From positions 186,001-250,000 of the forward strand of contig NIVC01001238.1 in assembly GCA_002269645.1 (NCBI GenBank): DNA of 64,000 nt, read 5' to 3'. Each line of letters opens with the position of its first letter. The first letter of the stretch is position 1. The notes under the pieces were generated by a model. The model searched no databases and was not told the origin of the DNA. It worked only from the letters and a program-made list of their open reading frames with translations. This document shows, one piece after another, positions 21,699-31,725 of this stretch. The position numbers and the translations under genes were made by a program. This DNA is from Macrostomum lignano (taxonomy: Eukaryota).

Positions 21699-22388
21699 AT
21701 GCCAGCCGGAGGAGGCCAGAAGCGCCGCCGTCAGCAGCCGCAGTCGGTGCAGCTCAGCCTGCCGCCGCACCACCAGCATCATCAGCAGCATCATCATCAG
21801 CAGCAGAGCCACTTCCGCAGAGAAGAAGCTGGATCAAAGACGCCAAGCAGCCAGCATCACCTGCAGCTGCCTCATCACCAGCATCAGCAGCAGCAGCCGG
21901 CTCGCCAGCTGAGCCTGTCGATGCTCATCGTGCTCAAGCGTCGACTGCGTGAAGTCCGCGCTCGCCTTCAGGCTCAGGCGGCGGCCAATGCGGTTCTGCA
22001 TGGTCGCCGGGGCGGCGCCGGTCGCGGCGACAACTCCTACCGGACGCGGCCGGCCGCGCCAGCCTTCGCATCGCCCGGCGAGCCCGGCCAGGTTCTGCGG
22101 CACAGCCTGCACTTCTTTCTGGGCGAGTCGCACTACTGCCAGCGGGCCAGCGCCAAGCTCATCCGCATGGTCGCCGAGGATGTCAAGCGGCGCCTGAAAT
22201 TGGCGCTGACCGGCTCGCGCCGCTTCAAACTGGTCGTGACCGCCGGCCTGGTGCAGAAGGCCCGCCAGGGCGGCCTGGAGGCCTCGCGCTGCCTTCTGGA
22301 CGCCGGCTGCGATGGCTGCGCCACGGCCAGCCTGGACCGGCCGACCTTCGTTGCCTCCGCCGCCGCCTATTGGTTCTACTATGAGTAG
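21699..22388 (+). CDS. Tctex-1 domain dynein light chain family protein (TCTEX1D-like) with a His/Gln-rich N-terminus, 229 aa
   Basis: DNSYRTRP...KLIRMVAEDVKRRLK...RFKLVVTAGLVQKARQGGLEASRCLLDAGCDGCATAS...FVASAAAYWFYYE* fits the Tctex-1 pattern (NTY..P, RYK.VV.V...Q...QG...SRCLWD...D..AS...Y.E). Confidence 0.85.
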   Translation: MPAGGGQKRRRQQPQSVQLSLPPHHQHHQQHHHQQQSHFRREEAGSKTPSSQHHLQLPHHQHQQQQPARQLSLSMLIVLKRRLREVRARLQAQAAANAVLHGRRGGAGRGDNSYRTRPAAPAFASPGEPGQVLRHSLHFFLGESHYCQRASAKLIRMVAEDVKRRLKLALTGSRRFKLVVTAGLVQKARQGGLEASRCLLDAGCDGCATASLDRPTFVASAAAYWFYYE

Positions 22389-22562
22389 CGAGATGCGGCT
22401 TGTGTGCATGCAATGGCTGACTCTACTATGAGTAGCGAGATGCGGCTTGTGTGCATGCAATGGCTGACTCTACTATGAGTAGCAAGATGCGGCTTGTGTG
22501 CATGCAATGGCTGACTCTACTATGAGTAGCGAGATGCGGCTTGTGTGAATGCAATGGCTGAC
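22375..22562. repeat. 47-bp tandem repeat, 4 copies; the unit includes the last codons and stop of the Tctex gene
   Basis: Unit TCTACTATGAGTAGCGAGATGCGGCTTGTGTGCATGCAATGGCTGAC. Confidence 0.95.
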
Positions 22563-22699
22563 TGATCCTGAGGTCTTTAATGTACGAATGAAATTAATAA
22601 TAAAAATATGTTTTTTGATTAAGTTTTCAAGTTACACAGCCAGTCAATTTATTTTTAATTTCTTTGTTCATTTTGGCAAAAAATTTCAGATAAAGTACA

Positions 22700-23636
22700 G
22701 TGATAATCAGATTGTGATCACAGAGGGAATCAGATTGTGATCACAGAGGGAATCAGATTGTGATCACAGAGGGAATCAGATTGTGATCACAGAGGGAATC
22801 AGATTGTGATCACAGAGGGAATCAGATTGTGATCACAGATGGAATCAGATTGTGATCACAGTGAGAATCAGATTGTGATCACAGAGGGAATCAGATTGTG
22901 ATCACAGTGAGAATCAGATTGTGATCACAATGGGAATCAGATTGTGATCACAGAGGGAATCAGATTGTGATCACAGAGGGAATCAGATTGTGATCACAGA
23001 GGGAATCAGATTGTGATCACAGAGGGAATCAGATTGTGATCACAGAGGGAATCAGATTGTGATCACAGAGGGAATCAGATTGCGATCACAGAGGGAATCA
23101 GATTGTGATCACAATGGGAATCAAATTGTGATCACAGTGGGAATCAAATTGTAATCACTGTGAGAATCAGATTGTGATCACAGTGGGAATCAAATTGTAA
23201 TCACTGTGAGAATCAGATTGTGATCACAGTAGGAATCAAATTGTGATCACAGAGAGAATCAGATTGTGATCACAGTGAGAATCAGATTGTGATCACTGTG
23301 AGAACCAAATTGTGATCAAAGTGGGAATCAGATTGTGATCACAGTGGGAATCAAATTGTGATCACAGAGGGAATCAGATTGTGATCACAGAGGGAATCAG
23401 ATTGTGATCACAGAGGGAATCAGATTGTGATCACAGTGGGAATCAAATTGTGATCACAGTGGGAATCAAATTGTAATCACTGTGAGAATCAGATTGTGAT
23501 CACAGTAGGAATCAAATTGTGATCACTGTGAGAACCAAATTGTGATCACAGTGAGAATCAAATTGTGATCACAGTGAGAATCATATTGTGATCACTGTGA
23601 GAATCAAATTGTAATCAAAGTGGGAATCAGATCGTG
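22700..23636. repeat. 23-bp minisatellite (AATCAGATTGTGATCACAGAGGG)
   Basis: About 40 copies. Confidence 0.95.
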
Positions 23637-23823
23637 CTCACTAAGGTCATATTTCGCACAATTGTTTCTTTCACTCCTTAGCCCAAGTCTTAAGCATTTT
23701 CTTAATACTTGGCAGGCAGCCAGGCTGCAGCATGTCTGCACCGTCACAGATAAGGACCTTTGTGGGATTTAGCCCCTTCGAATTCCCGGCAACGCACCGG
23801 CTCAGTGCGGAGTGAGTCAGCGA

Positions 23824-23897
23824 GGTCGTGTAGCTCAGTTGGTTAGAGCGTCGTGCTGATAACGCGAAGGTCGAGGGTTCGAGCCCCTCCCCGACCA
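23824..23897 (+). tRNA. tRNA-Ile-GAT: tRNA-Ile with anticodon GAT (23858-23860)
   Basis: Cloverleaf GGTCGTG TA GCTC AGTTGGTTA GAGC G TCGTG CTGATAA CGCGA AGGTC GAGGG TTCGAGC CCCTC CCCGACC A. One T-C mismatch in the acceptor stem; no encoded CCA; T8 Pol III terminator immediately downstream. Confidence 0.9.
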
Positions 23898-24306
23898 GAT
23901 TTTTTTTATTTTTCTTCCTCTAATAGTGCTTGAGCAAAAGGAGCAAGGCAGATAAAAAGTTGACAAAATACAAAATGCAGAGGAAACAAATTTTCTATCT
24001 AAAAAACAAAAAAGAAAAGTGAAAATTTTCTCAGGGTACAAGCAAAGTTTCTAGAAGTATGCTGAAGCGATTGAAACTTCAAGAAAATTTTCAGTTTTTA
24101 AAGTTCAGGCAAACTGCAGGCTGTCCGCCACGCCCTTGTAGGCAATTCGCTCCGGGAATCTCGACTGTCTCTGGAAGATTTGAGGCGACTCAATCAGGAC
24201 GGTAGCGTCTCACTCTCGCGCCACGACCCCTGGTCCCGCATCCATTGGGGGCTCGTGTGCCAAAGCCAGTACATGCCTGAGGATCAGTCAACTCCCAGCC
24301 TCTCAC

Positions 24307-27300
24307 CCTGTACGCTGAGCTGCCGAAGTCTCCGTAGTCTGCGAGATTCACCGAGCAGCCTCGGTGGCTGCGGAAGTCCGCCGAATTGGCGCCGCGGATG
24401 GCGCGCCGACCGCCGGCGCCGATAAAGCAGAAATCGGCGGCCTCCCTGGCTGCCCGGTCATTCTCCGCTTTCTGCCAAGAATTTGTTTCGGTTAATAGAA
24501 ATCAAACCGTTTTCTCTACTGATAGTAGCGTGATTTGCTTGAAATTAGAACTACTGGGAGATTCGCGTCTGTGAAAGATTTCTACTGGGGGAGATTTCTA
24601 CTGGGAAGATTTCCATTAGGGAGATTCCCATTAGGGGAAATTTCTACAGGGGAGATTTCTACTGGGGAGATTTCTACAGGGGAGATTTCTACTGGGGAGA
24701 TTTCTACGGGGAGATTTCTACTGGGGAGATTTCTATAAGGAAAATTTCCATTGGGGAGATTTCTATTGGGGAGATTTCTATAAGGGAGATTTCCATTGGG
24801 GAGATTTCCATTGGGGAGATTTCTATTGGGGAGATTTCTATAAGGGAGATTTCCATTTGGGAGATTTCTATTGGGGAGATTTCTATAAGGGAGATTTCCA
24901 TTTGGGAGATTTCTACTAGAAGACTTCTATTGGGGAGATTTCCTTTGGGGAGATTTCCATAGGGGAGATTTCTATTGGGGAGATTTCTATTGGGGAGATT
25001 TCTATTGGGGAGATTTCTATTGGGGAGATTTCTATTGGGGAGATTTCTATTAGGGAGATTTCCATTGGGGAGATTTCTATTGGGGAGATCTCTATTGGGA
25101 AGGTTTCTATTGGGGAGATTTCTTTTAGGGAGATTTCCATTGGGGAGATTTCTACTAGGAGACTTCTATTGGGGAGATTTCTATTAGGGAGATTTCCATT
25201 GTGGAGATTTCTATTGGGGAAATATCTATTGAGGAGATTTCTATTTGGGAGATTTCCATTAAGAAGATTTCCATTGGGGAGATTTCTATTGGGGAGATTT
25301 CTATAAGGGAGATTTCCATTTGGGAGATTTCTATTGGGGAGATTTCTATAAGGGAGATTTCCATTTGGGAGATTTCTACTAGAAGACTTCTATTGGGGAG
25401 ATTTCCTTTGGGGAGATTTCCATTGGGGAGATTTCTATTGGGGAGATCTCTATTGGGAAGGTTTCTATTGGGGAGATTTCTTTTAGGGAGATTTCCATTG
25501 GGGAGATTTCTACTAGGAGACTTCTATTGGGGAGATTTCTATTAGGGAGATTTCCATTGTAGAGATTTCTATTGGGAAAATATCTATTGAGGAGATTTCT
25601 ACTTGGGAGATTTCCACTAAGGAGATTTCCATTCGGGAGATTTCTACTGGGGATTTGTACGGGGGATATTTCTTTGTTTGTCAGATTCGGACAAGCAAAG
25701 GGGACTCACAACGCGCTATGAAAAATTTGAGTGCATAAAAAGCAAAACACATCAAGTGAATCCGCAAACCCGGGATGCCAGCAGTCCAAAGTCCTCTCCT
25801 GAGTAGTCGCTGCGACTCGCTCCCCCGGCCGCTGGCGCCCGCGACCCTCCGATGCGCGGCAGCGGCGCCGAGTCCCCCATCGGAGGCTGGATGTAGGGCC
25901 GGGGGTAGGAGTCCAGGCGGAAGTCCTTCCGGTAGGTGCTGCTGAGGGCGGCGCCGGGCGAGGCCGCTTCTGCGGGCTGGGCGGTTTTGAGCAAGGAAAA
26001 AGCGTTAGAAAAAACTGCTTTGCCACTTCCTGCATGCCTGAGGCTGAAACCATGACTGGCTCGAGTCTACAGAGTACAGAGAGTTATTTTTTAGTTTTCT
26101 CTTGACTACGACTGACTGACCTGCCAGCTGGACCTCTTCAAATCGCCAACACTGGGCTTGGCAGCCGCTGGCAGCTTCGCCGCGACGGCCGGCTGCTGCG
26201 AGTCGGATTCCAGGAAACGCCTGGCGTCGTACACGTTGCGAATCTGCGTCACGGCGACGTCGCGACCGAACGCGTCGGCGAATGTGGTGCTTCTGGAATG
26301 GTCGGGGAGGGGGAGGGTTGGATAAGTTCAGATGCTGCATTGGCTGGCGCCACTTGGTGCTGGCGCCACTTGGTGCTGGCGCTACTTGGTGCTGGCGCTA
26401 CTTGGTGCTGGCGCCACTTGGTGCTGGCGCCACTTGGTGCTGGCGCCACTTGGTGCTGGCGCCACTTGGTGCTGGCGCCACTTGGTGTTGGCGCCACTTG
26501 GTGCTGGCGCCACTTGGTGTTGGCGCCACTTGGTGCTGGCGCCACTTGGTGCTGGCGCCACTTGGTGCTGGCGCCACTTGGTGCTGGCGCCACTTGGTGC
26601 TGGCGCCACTTGGTGCTGGCGCTACTTGGTGCTGGCGCCACTTGGTGCTGGCGCTACTTGGTGCTGGCGCTACTTGGTGCTGGCGCCACTTGGTGCTGGC
26701 GCCACTTGGTGCTGGCGCCACTTGGTGCTGGCGCCACTTGGTGCTGGCGCCACTTGGTGCTGGCGCCACTTGGTGCTGGCGCCACTTGGTGCAGGCGCCA
26801 CTTGGTGCTGGCGCCACTTGGTGCTGGCGCCACTTGGTGCTGGCGCCCATCGCCCATCGATGGCGGCCATCACAAAGTGTACGAGATCCCCCAATAAAAA
26901 ATGAGAAATATTGAAACGCCTCCGTCGAATAAACAACAAATTAAACAACCAGTGGGAAAGGAGAAGCAGAAACTCACGTGACTGACATGGCTGAAGCGGC
27001 TTCGCTCCGATCGCCAAAGTGCGTCTCCAGCTGCTCTCGCCTCCGCCTGCGCGCCACATCCGGTTGAAAGTTGGCTGGCAGCAGCGGCGGCGGCGGGTGC
27101 CGGCCGAGCTGCTCCTCAGCGTCGCCGTCCCGCAGTCCGCCCTTCATCAGGCTGGCAACTACGGTGGGAGTCCAGTGCGAGTGCCAGGGCGCGGTCGGGA
27201 GGTCGTCGGACGGCCGGGTGGCGCTCGGCCTGGGGTATCTCTGGCTGCTCATGGCGCCCGCGAGCTGCAGCAGGGGCGCGCGGTTCGAGAAGCGAAATCG

Positions 27301-28287
27301 TTTTTTTAGGTTTTAAAAGAATCAGGTAAAGTGTGGAGAAAATTTCAATCGATTCTCACCTTCGGCAGGTTGGAAAGACTCGATAAGTTCGACTTTTTAT
27401 TTGCGGAATTGTCACCGGGATTGAAGATGTGACTTTTGTACAGATCGGCTTCGATGCCAGCCTGCGGGATGTTGGGCTGCGTCTCAGACTTGCCATGGCA
27501 ACTGCAACCAGCGCAAACAGATTCAGCAGAAATTTAAAGCTGGAAGCGACAACCCCTACCATACCACAATGAGACAGTGAGCCCAGGACAGGTAAACCTC
27601 GCCAGATCTTGCAATGAAAATCTTACCGAATTCTGTGAAGGGTGGCCCCTGTAGCAATCCGTGAATTCCGACTGCCAAAGCTCGGCTCCCTGTTCCCAGT
27701 GACTGTTCGCTGCGCAGCAGTGATGATGCTTCAGCTGCCGCTCGGCTGAGGACCACTGGCTGGATGCGGTGGAGGCTGTCTCTGTTGCGAGCTCGCTTGG
27801 TGGGCAAACTGCGAACTTCAATGATGATTGGTTGGGTGACGCAGGCTGGGACCTCAAGACTTTACATGTACACTCGAAAGCAATCAGCAGACAATGGGCT
27901 CACGAAAGGGGATCTGATGCCAAATTAAGCGACGGAATGGAGACAAAAGCGACTTATCGAGGATAAAGGGAAACTTGGTGTCTTAAAAAACTTTTGAGGG
28001 CCGTTTTTGCGAGAAAAAAATGTGATTTTACGTCGCTTTTCCATTTTTGGAAACTGTAGCTGAGTCTATAATAGAAGTCCCTTCGTGCCCTCACTGTGGA
28101 TATTTATTTCACTAATCATTAATCAGCTCACCTGGCGCTCCGGGCAATGCGCCTCCTTCGGATCCAGCAGCCGCAGGTAGCTACCAGTTCTGCTCTGCTG
28201 TAGCTGTTTAACGCGCTCGCCCTCCAGTTTCCGTGGGAACGCGGCCAGCTCAGCCGAGTGGCTCTGCTCCTCCGCAATTGTCTGCAT
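24307..28287 (-). CDS. Uncharacterised multi-exon protein (over 400 aa) with repeated S(T/E/D)(Y/F)..DF motifs; exons 28132-28287, 27627-27845, 26978-27264, 26121-26292, 25770-25976, 24307-24471; last exon unresolved
   Basis: All six exons are open and joined by phase-compatible GT-AG junctions (donors GTGAGC, GTAAGA, GTGAGT, GTCAGT, GTTTGC, GTGAGA). Motifs [33 protein letters not shown]. The 27845 acceptor is the weakest call. Confidence 0.65.
24575..25660. repeat. 15-bp intronic minisatellite (GGGAGATTTCTATTG)
   Basis: Directly visible. Confidence 0.95.
26340..26850. repeat. 16-bp intronic minisatellite (TGGCGCCACTTGGTGC)
   Basis: About 31 highly homogeneous copies. Confidence 0.95.
27489..27502. 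promoter_or_regulatory. RFX X-box-like site CTTGCCATGGCAAC in an intron
   Basis: 13 of 14 bases match the GTTGCCATGGCAAC palindrome. Confidence 0.5.
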
Positions 28288-29882
28288 TTAAATTATTGCG
28301 CTCCCAGCCGCTTCCTGCACCCCCTCCAGAGCAGCCGCGGTTCCCCTACTGCCTCTAGTAGGAAGATCTCTTTCAAGTGAGTTTGTCTCTCCTCACCGCT
28401 CTCTCTCTCTCTCTCTCTTGAGCTGAATCCCGCTTTGACAAGCGAATGAAAGCAACTGTATTGGGTGGCACTACGGTCTATTGTTATATTTGTTGCGGAA
28501 TGCCCATACGCTACAGTTGAGAGATGCAGGGGTTTTATGCGGATGTGACTGTTGCCTTCATGCGTTTGTTCAGCAGAGTTACGTCGTCTGCTTTATGCTT
28601 CCCGGGACAAGGGGAGGCTGAGTTGGTGGGTGGGACAGAGGGAGGCCAAAACGAGAGCAAGGACCACTAGTAGGAACACTTCGTTATAGTCTAGTAGTCC
28701 TTGAACGAGAGTTGATGAGGCTGTCAATTGAGCAGCTGCGCTGGGGGGGGGGGTTACGCTAACCTGATCAATAATATACGTGGGAGAATACAGATCTAGA
28801 CAAGACAGGATTTCTTCTGCACATGGGGAAATTCTCCCACATGGCCCACAGTTGCCTAAAAGGCGGATCCATCCGAGAAACAAGGCGAAAAACACTTTGT
28901 AATTAATAATTAATGAGGCCAACTCACGAACGCATGCTTGCTAACCATATAGGCCCACACAGGCTTATAAGATTTGCACTCTGCAGATTCTGCAAACCCC
29001 CAGACAGTGGCAATCTAATTAATTGATTAACTATATATTACTTTTGTGCTTACTGAGAAGTACTTTAAGCTACAATTGTTCTAAGAATGCACCCAAGAAC
29101 AAGAAGGATCTGCAACTTTATAGTGCTTTTAATTTTTTTCTCGGTGAAACACTGTGTTTATTTAGTAGTATACACATAAAATAGATATTTGGTACAGGTG
29201 AAAAAATAATATTTTACAGATCTCTGTGCGAGATTATCAAAAAGTTATAAAAGCTTACAAGTATAAGTATCCATTGATTTTAATAGCAAATATTAGAACG
29301 TTCAAGCCTTACTATATACAGCAAGCCGGAAACTTGAGTATAAGTTCGAGTATGATTGCAATTCTATATTTACAGCGAATGATAAGACAAAAATGAAATT
29401 TATTACTGTAAGGAAATGCGCCATCTTAAAGTGCGGGATGTCTGTCTGTAAAGTCGAACTACACGTATGCAACTAACATCATTTTTCAATACTTCTATTG
29501 GGCTTTAAAATCTAGAAAATGTCCTTATCATGCTACTTAGCAAGTGTACGAATTAAGTAATAAGTAGTATGATGTTGATTATCAAAATTACAATCAGAAA
29601 TGATATGGGAAAAAATATTGCTTTTAGAAATGTTGTTCGCGTTTTTGTGGATTGGACACACATGGCTTTGACGCTTGCAAACTCTTCTTCAGAAAATTCT
29701 TGACGAACTGAAATTGGGAAACAGAAAAAAAGCAATATGAGTGTCTTCTGTTTAATAGCTGGGGACAGCAGAAATGGGGTTGTCAAAAATGTTATATTGG
29801 TTTCATGCATAGGAGGGGGACAATACGTAACTTGTCCCCTCCCTGTCTCTAGGCTGTAATTTGTCCCCTGTCTGTGCAGTGG

Positions 29883-31052
29883 AGGCTGTAATCTGACTGT
29901 AATCTATCTAGGCTGCAATCTGACTGTAATCTATCTAGGCTGCAATCTGACTGTAATCTATCTAGGCTGCAATCTGACTGTAATCTATCTAGGCTGTAAT
30001 CTATTTAGGCTGTAATCTGACTGTAATCTATCTAGGCTGCAATCTGACTGTAATCTATCTAGGCTGCAATCTGACTGTAATCTATCTAGGCTGCAATCTA
30101 TCTAGGCTGTAATCTATTTAGGCTGTAATCTGACTGTAATCTATCTAGGCTGCAATCTATCTAGGCTGCAATCTGACTGTAATCTATCTAGGCTGTAATC
30201 TGACTGTAATCTATCTAGGCTGTAATCTGACTGTAATCTATCTAGGCTGCAATCTGACTGTAATCTATCTAGGCTGTAATCTGACTGTAATCTATCTAGG
30301 CTGCAATCTATCTAGGCTGTAATCTATTTAGGCTGTAATCTGACTGTAATCTATCTAGGCTGTAATCTGACTGTAATCTATTTAGGCTGTAATCTGACTG
30401 TAATCTATCTAGGCTGCAATCTATCTAGGCTGCAATCTGACTGTAATCTATCTAGGCTGTAATCTGACTGTAATCTATCTAGGCTGTAATCTGACTGTAA
30501 TCTATCTAGGCTGCAATCTGACTGTAATCTATCTAGGCTGTAATCTGACTGTAATCTATCTAGGCTGCAATCTATCTAGGCTGTAATCTATTTAGGCTGT
30601 AATCTGACTGTAATCTATCTAGGCTGTAATCTGACTGTAATCTATCTAGGCTGTAATCTGACTGTAATCTATCTAGGCTGCAATCTGACTGTAATCTATC
30701 TAGGCTGTAATCTGACTGTAATCTATCTAGGCTGCAATCTGACTGTAATCTATCTAGGCTGTAATCTGACTGTAATCTATCTAGGCTGCAATCTGACTGT
30801 AATCTATAGGCTGTAATCTGACTGTAATCTATAGGATGTAATCTGACTGTAATCCATCTAGGCTGTAATTTGACTGTAATCTATAGGCTGTAATCTGACT
30901 ATAATCTATAGGCTGTAATCTAATTAAAAAAGTAGGTGCGGTTTAGGTGCGGTCTTATAACCATTTTTCTAATCTATAGGCTGTAATCTGTAGGCTGTAA
31001 TCTATAGGCTGTAATCTATAGGCTGTAATCTATAGGCTGTAATCTGTAGGCC
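29883..31052. repeat. 27-bp minisatellite (AGGCTGTAATCTGACTGTAATCTATCT) with 16-bp sub-units
   Basis: Directly visible. Confidence 0.95.
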
Positions 31053-31170
31053 TAGACTGTTTAGAAGATTTTTAAAAAACACCGGAAAATCAATCGTTAT
31101 GTATCAACCCTCTCCTACCTGTAGCACAGCCTCAATTGTATTAAGACGCCAACATCAAAATTGCTCAAGC

Positions 31171-31725
31171 CTACAGCTGCACAACGCAGGTGTAAGGCGA
31201 GCCTTCGGCCGCGGTCGCGGTGCCCAGTCGGCGCGCCCTGGCACGCCAATACGGCCGGCAGATGATGGTGAAGATGACGCAGGCGGTGATGAGCAGTATG
31301 ACGCCCAGAATCAGCATGAAGATTGCGCACGGTCTGACCCACTGGTGCTGCTGCTGCAGCTGCTGGTCCAAGGTGAAGGCGCCGCCAATGACAATGAGGC
31401 AGGTGGAGCCGGGGAACACGAGCAGGATGGAGAGCACGCACAGCATCAGGCTGTTGCCGCTCTCGTTAGTGAGGAAATCGTCAACCGTGTCCATGGGGCC
31501 AAGCCGGGCCCGCTGGCGCGACTCCCCCAGCGCCTTCTTGGCCTTGGCCCGGCCGCCTACTCGACCTCCTTGACCGCCGCCGCTGCCGCAGCTGCTGCTG
31601 ACTTGTTGAAAATCGCGTCGACTTGCGCCACCGGCGTAGGCATCGCTGTCCATTGTGCGCGGATGCGGGTAGCTGTACTTTGAGGACGAGGCTCGGTCCC
31701 ACTGCTCGGATTGGTAATGCTGCAT
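31171..31725 (-). CDS. Small two-pass membrane protein of unknown family, 184 aa, single coding exon
   Basis: GC-rich non-repetitive ORF between AT-rich or repeat flanks. Hydrophobic segments LMLCVLSILLVFPGSTCLIVIGGAFTL and CAIFMLILGVILLITACVIFTIIC, followed by basic RPYWRARARR. Confidence 0.7.
   Translation of the reverse strand: MQHYQSEQWDRASSSKYSYPHPRTMDSDAYAGGASRRDFQQVSSSCGSGGGQGGRVGGRAKAKKALGESRQRARLGPMDTVDDFLTNESGNSLMLCVLSILLVFPGSTCLIVIGGAFTLDQQLQQQHQWVRPCAIFMLILGVILLITACVIFTIICRPYWRARARRLGTATAAEGSPYTCVVQL

Noticed and set aside
23824-23897. Bacterial or organellar origin (contamination or HGT) of the tRNA-Ile(GAT)
   Set aside because: There is no encoded CCA, a Pol III T-run terminator follows, the body resembles eukaryotic Ile(AAT) genes, and the flanks are host-type repeats.
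28593-28922. 109-aa hydrophobic minus-strand ORF
   Set aside because: It has a non-ATG start, no family signature and no supporting splice structure.
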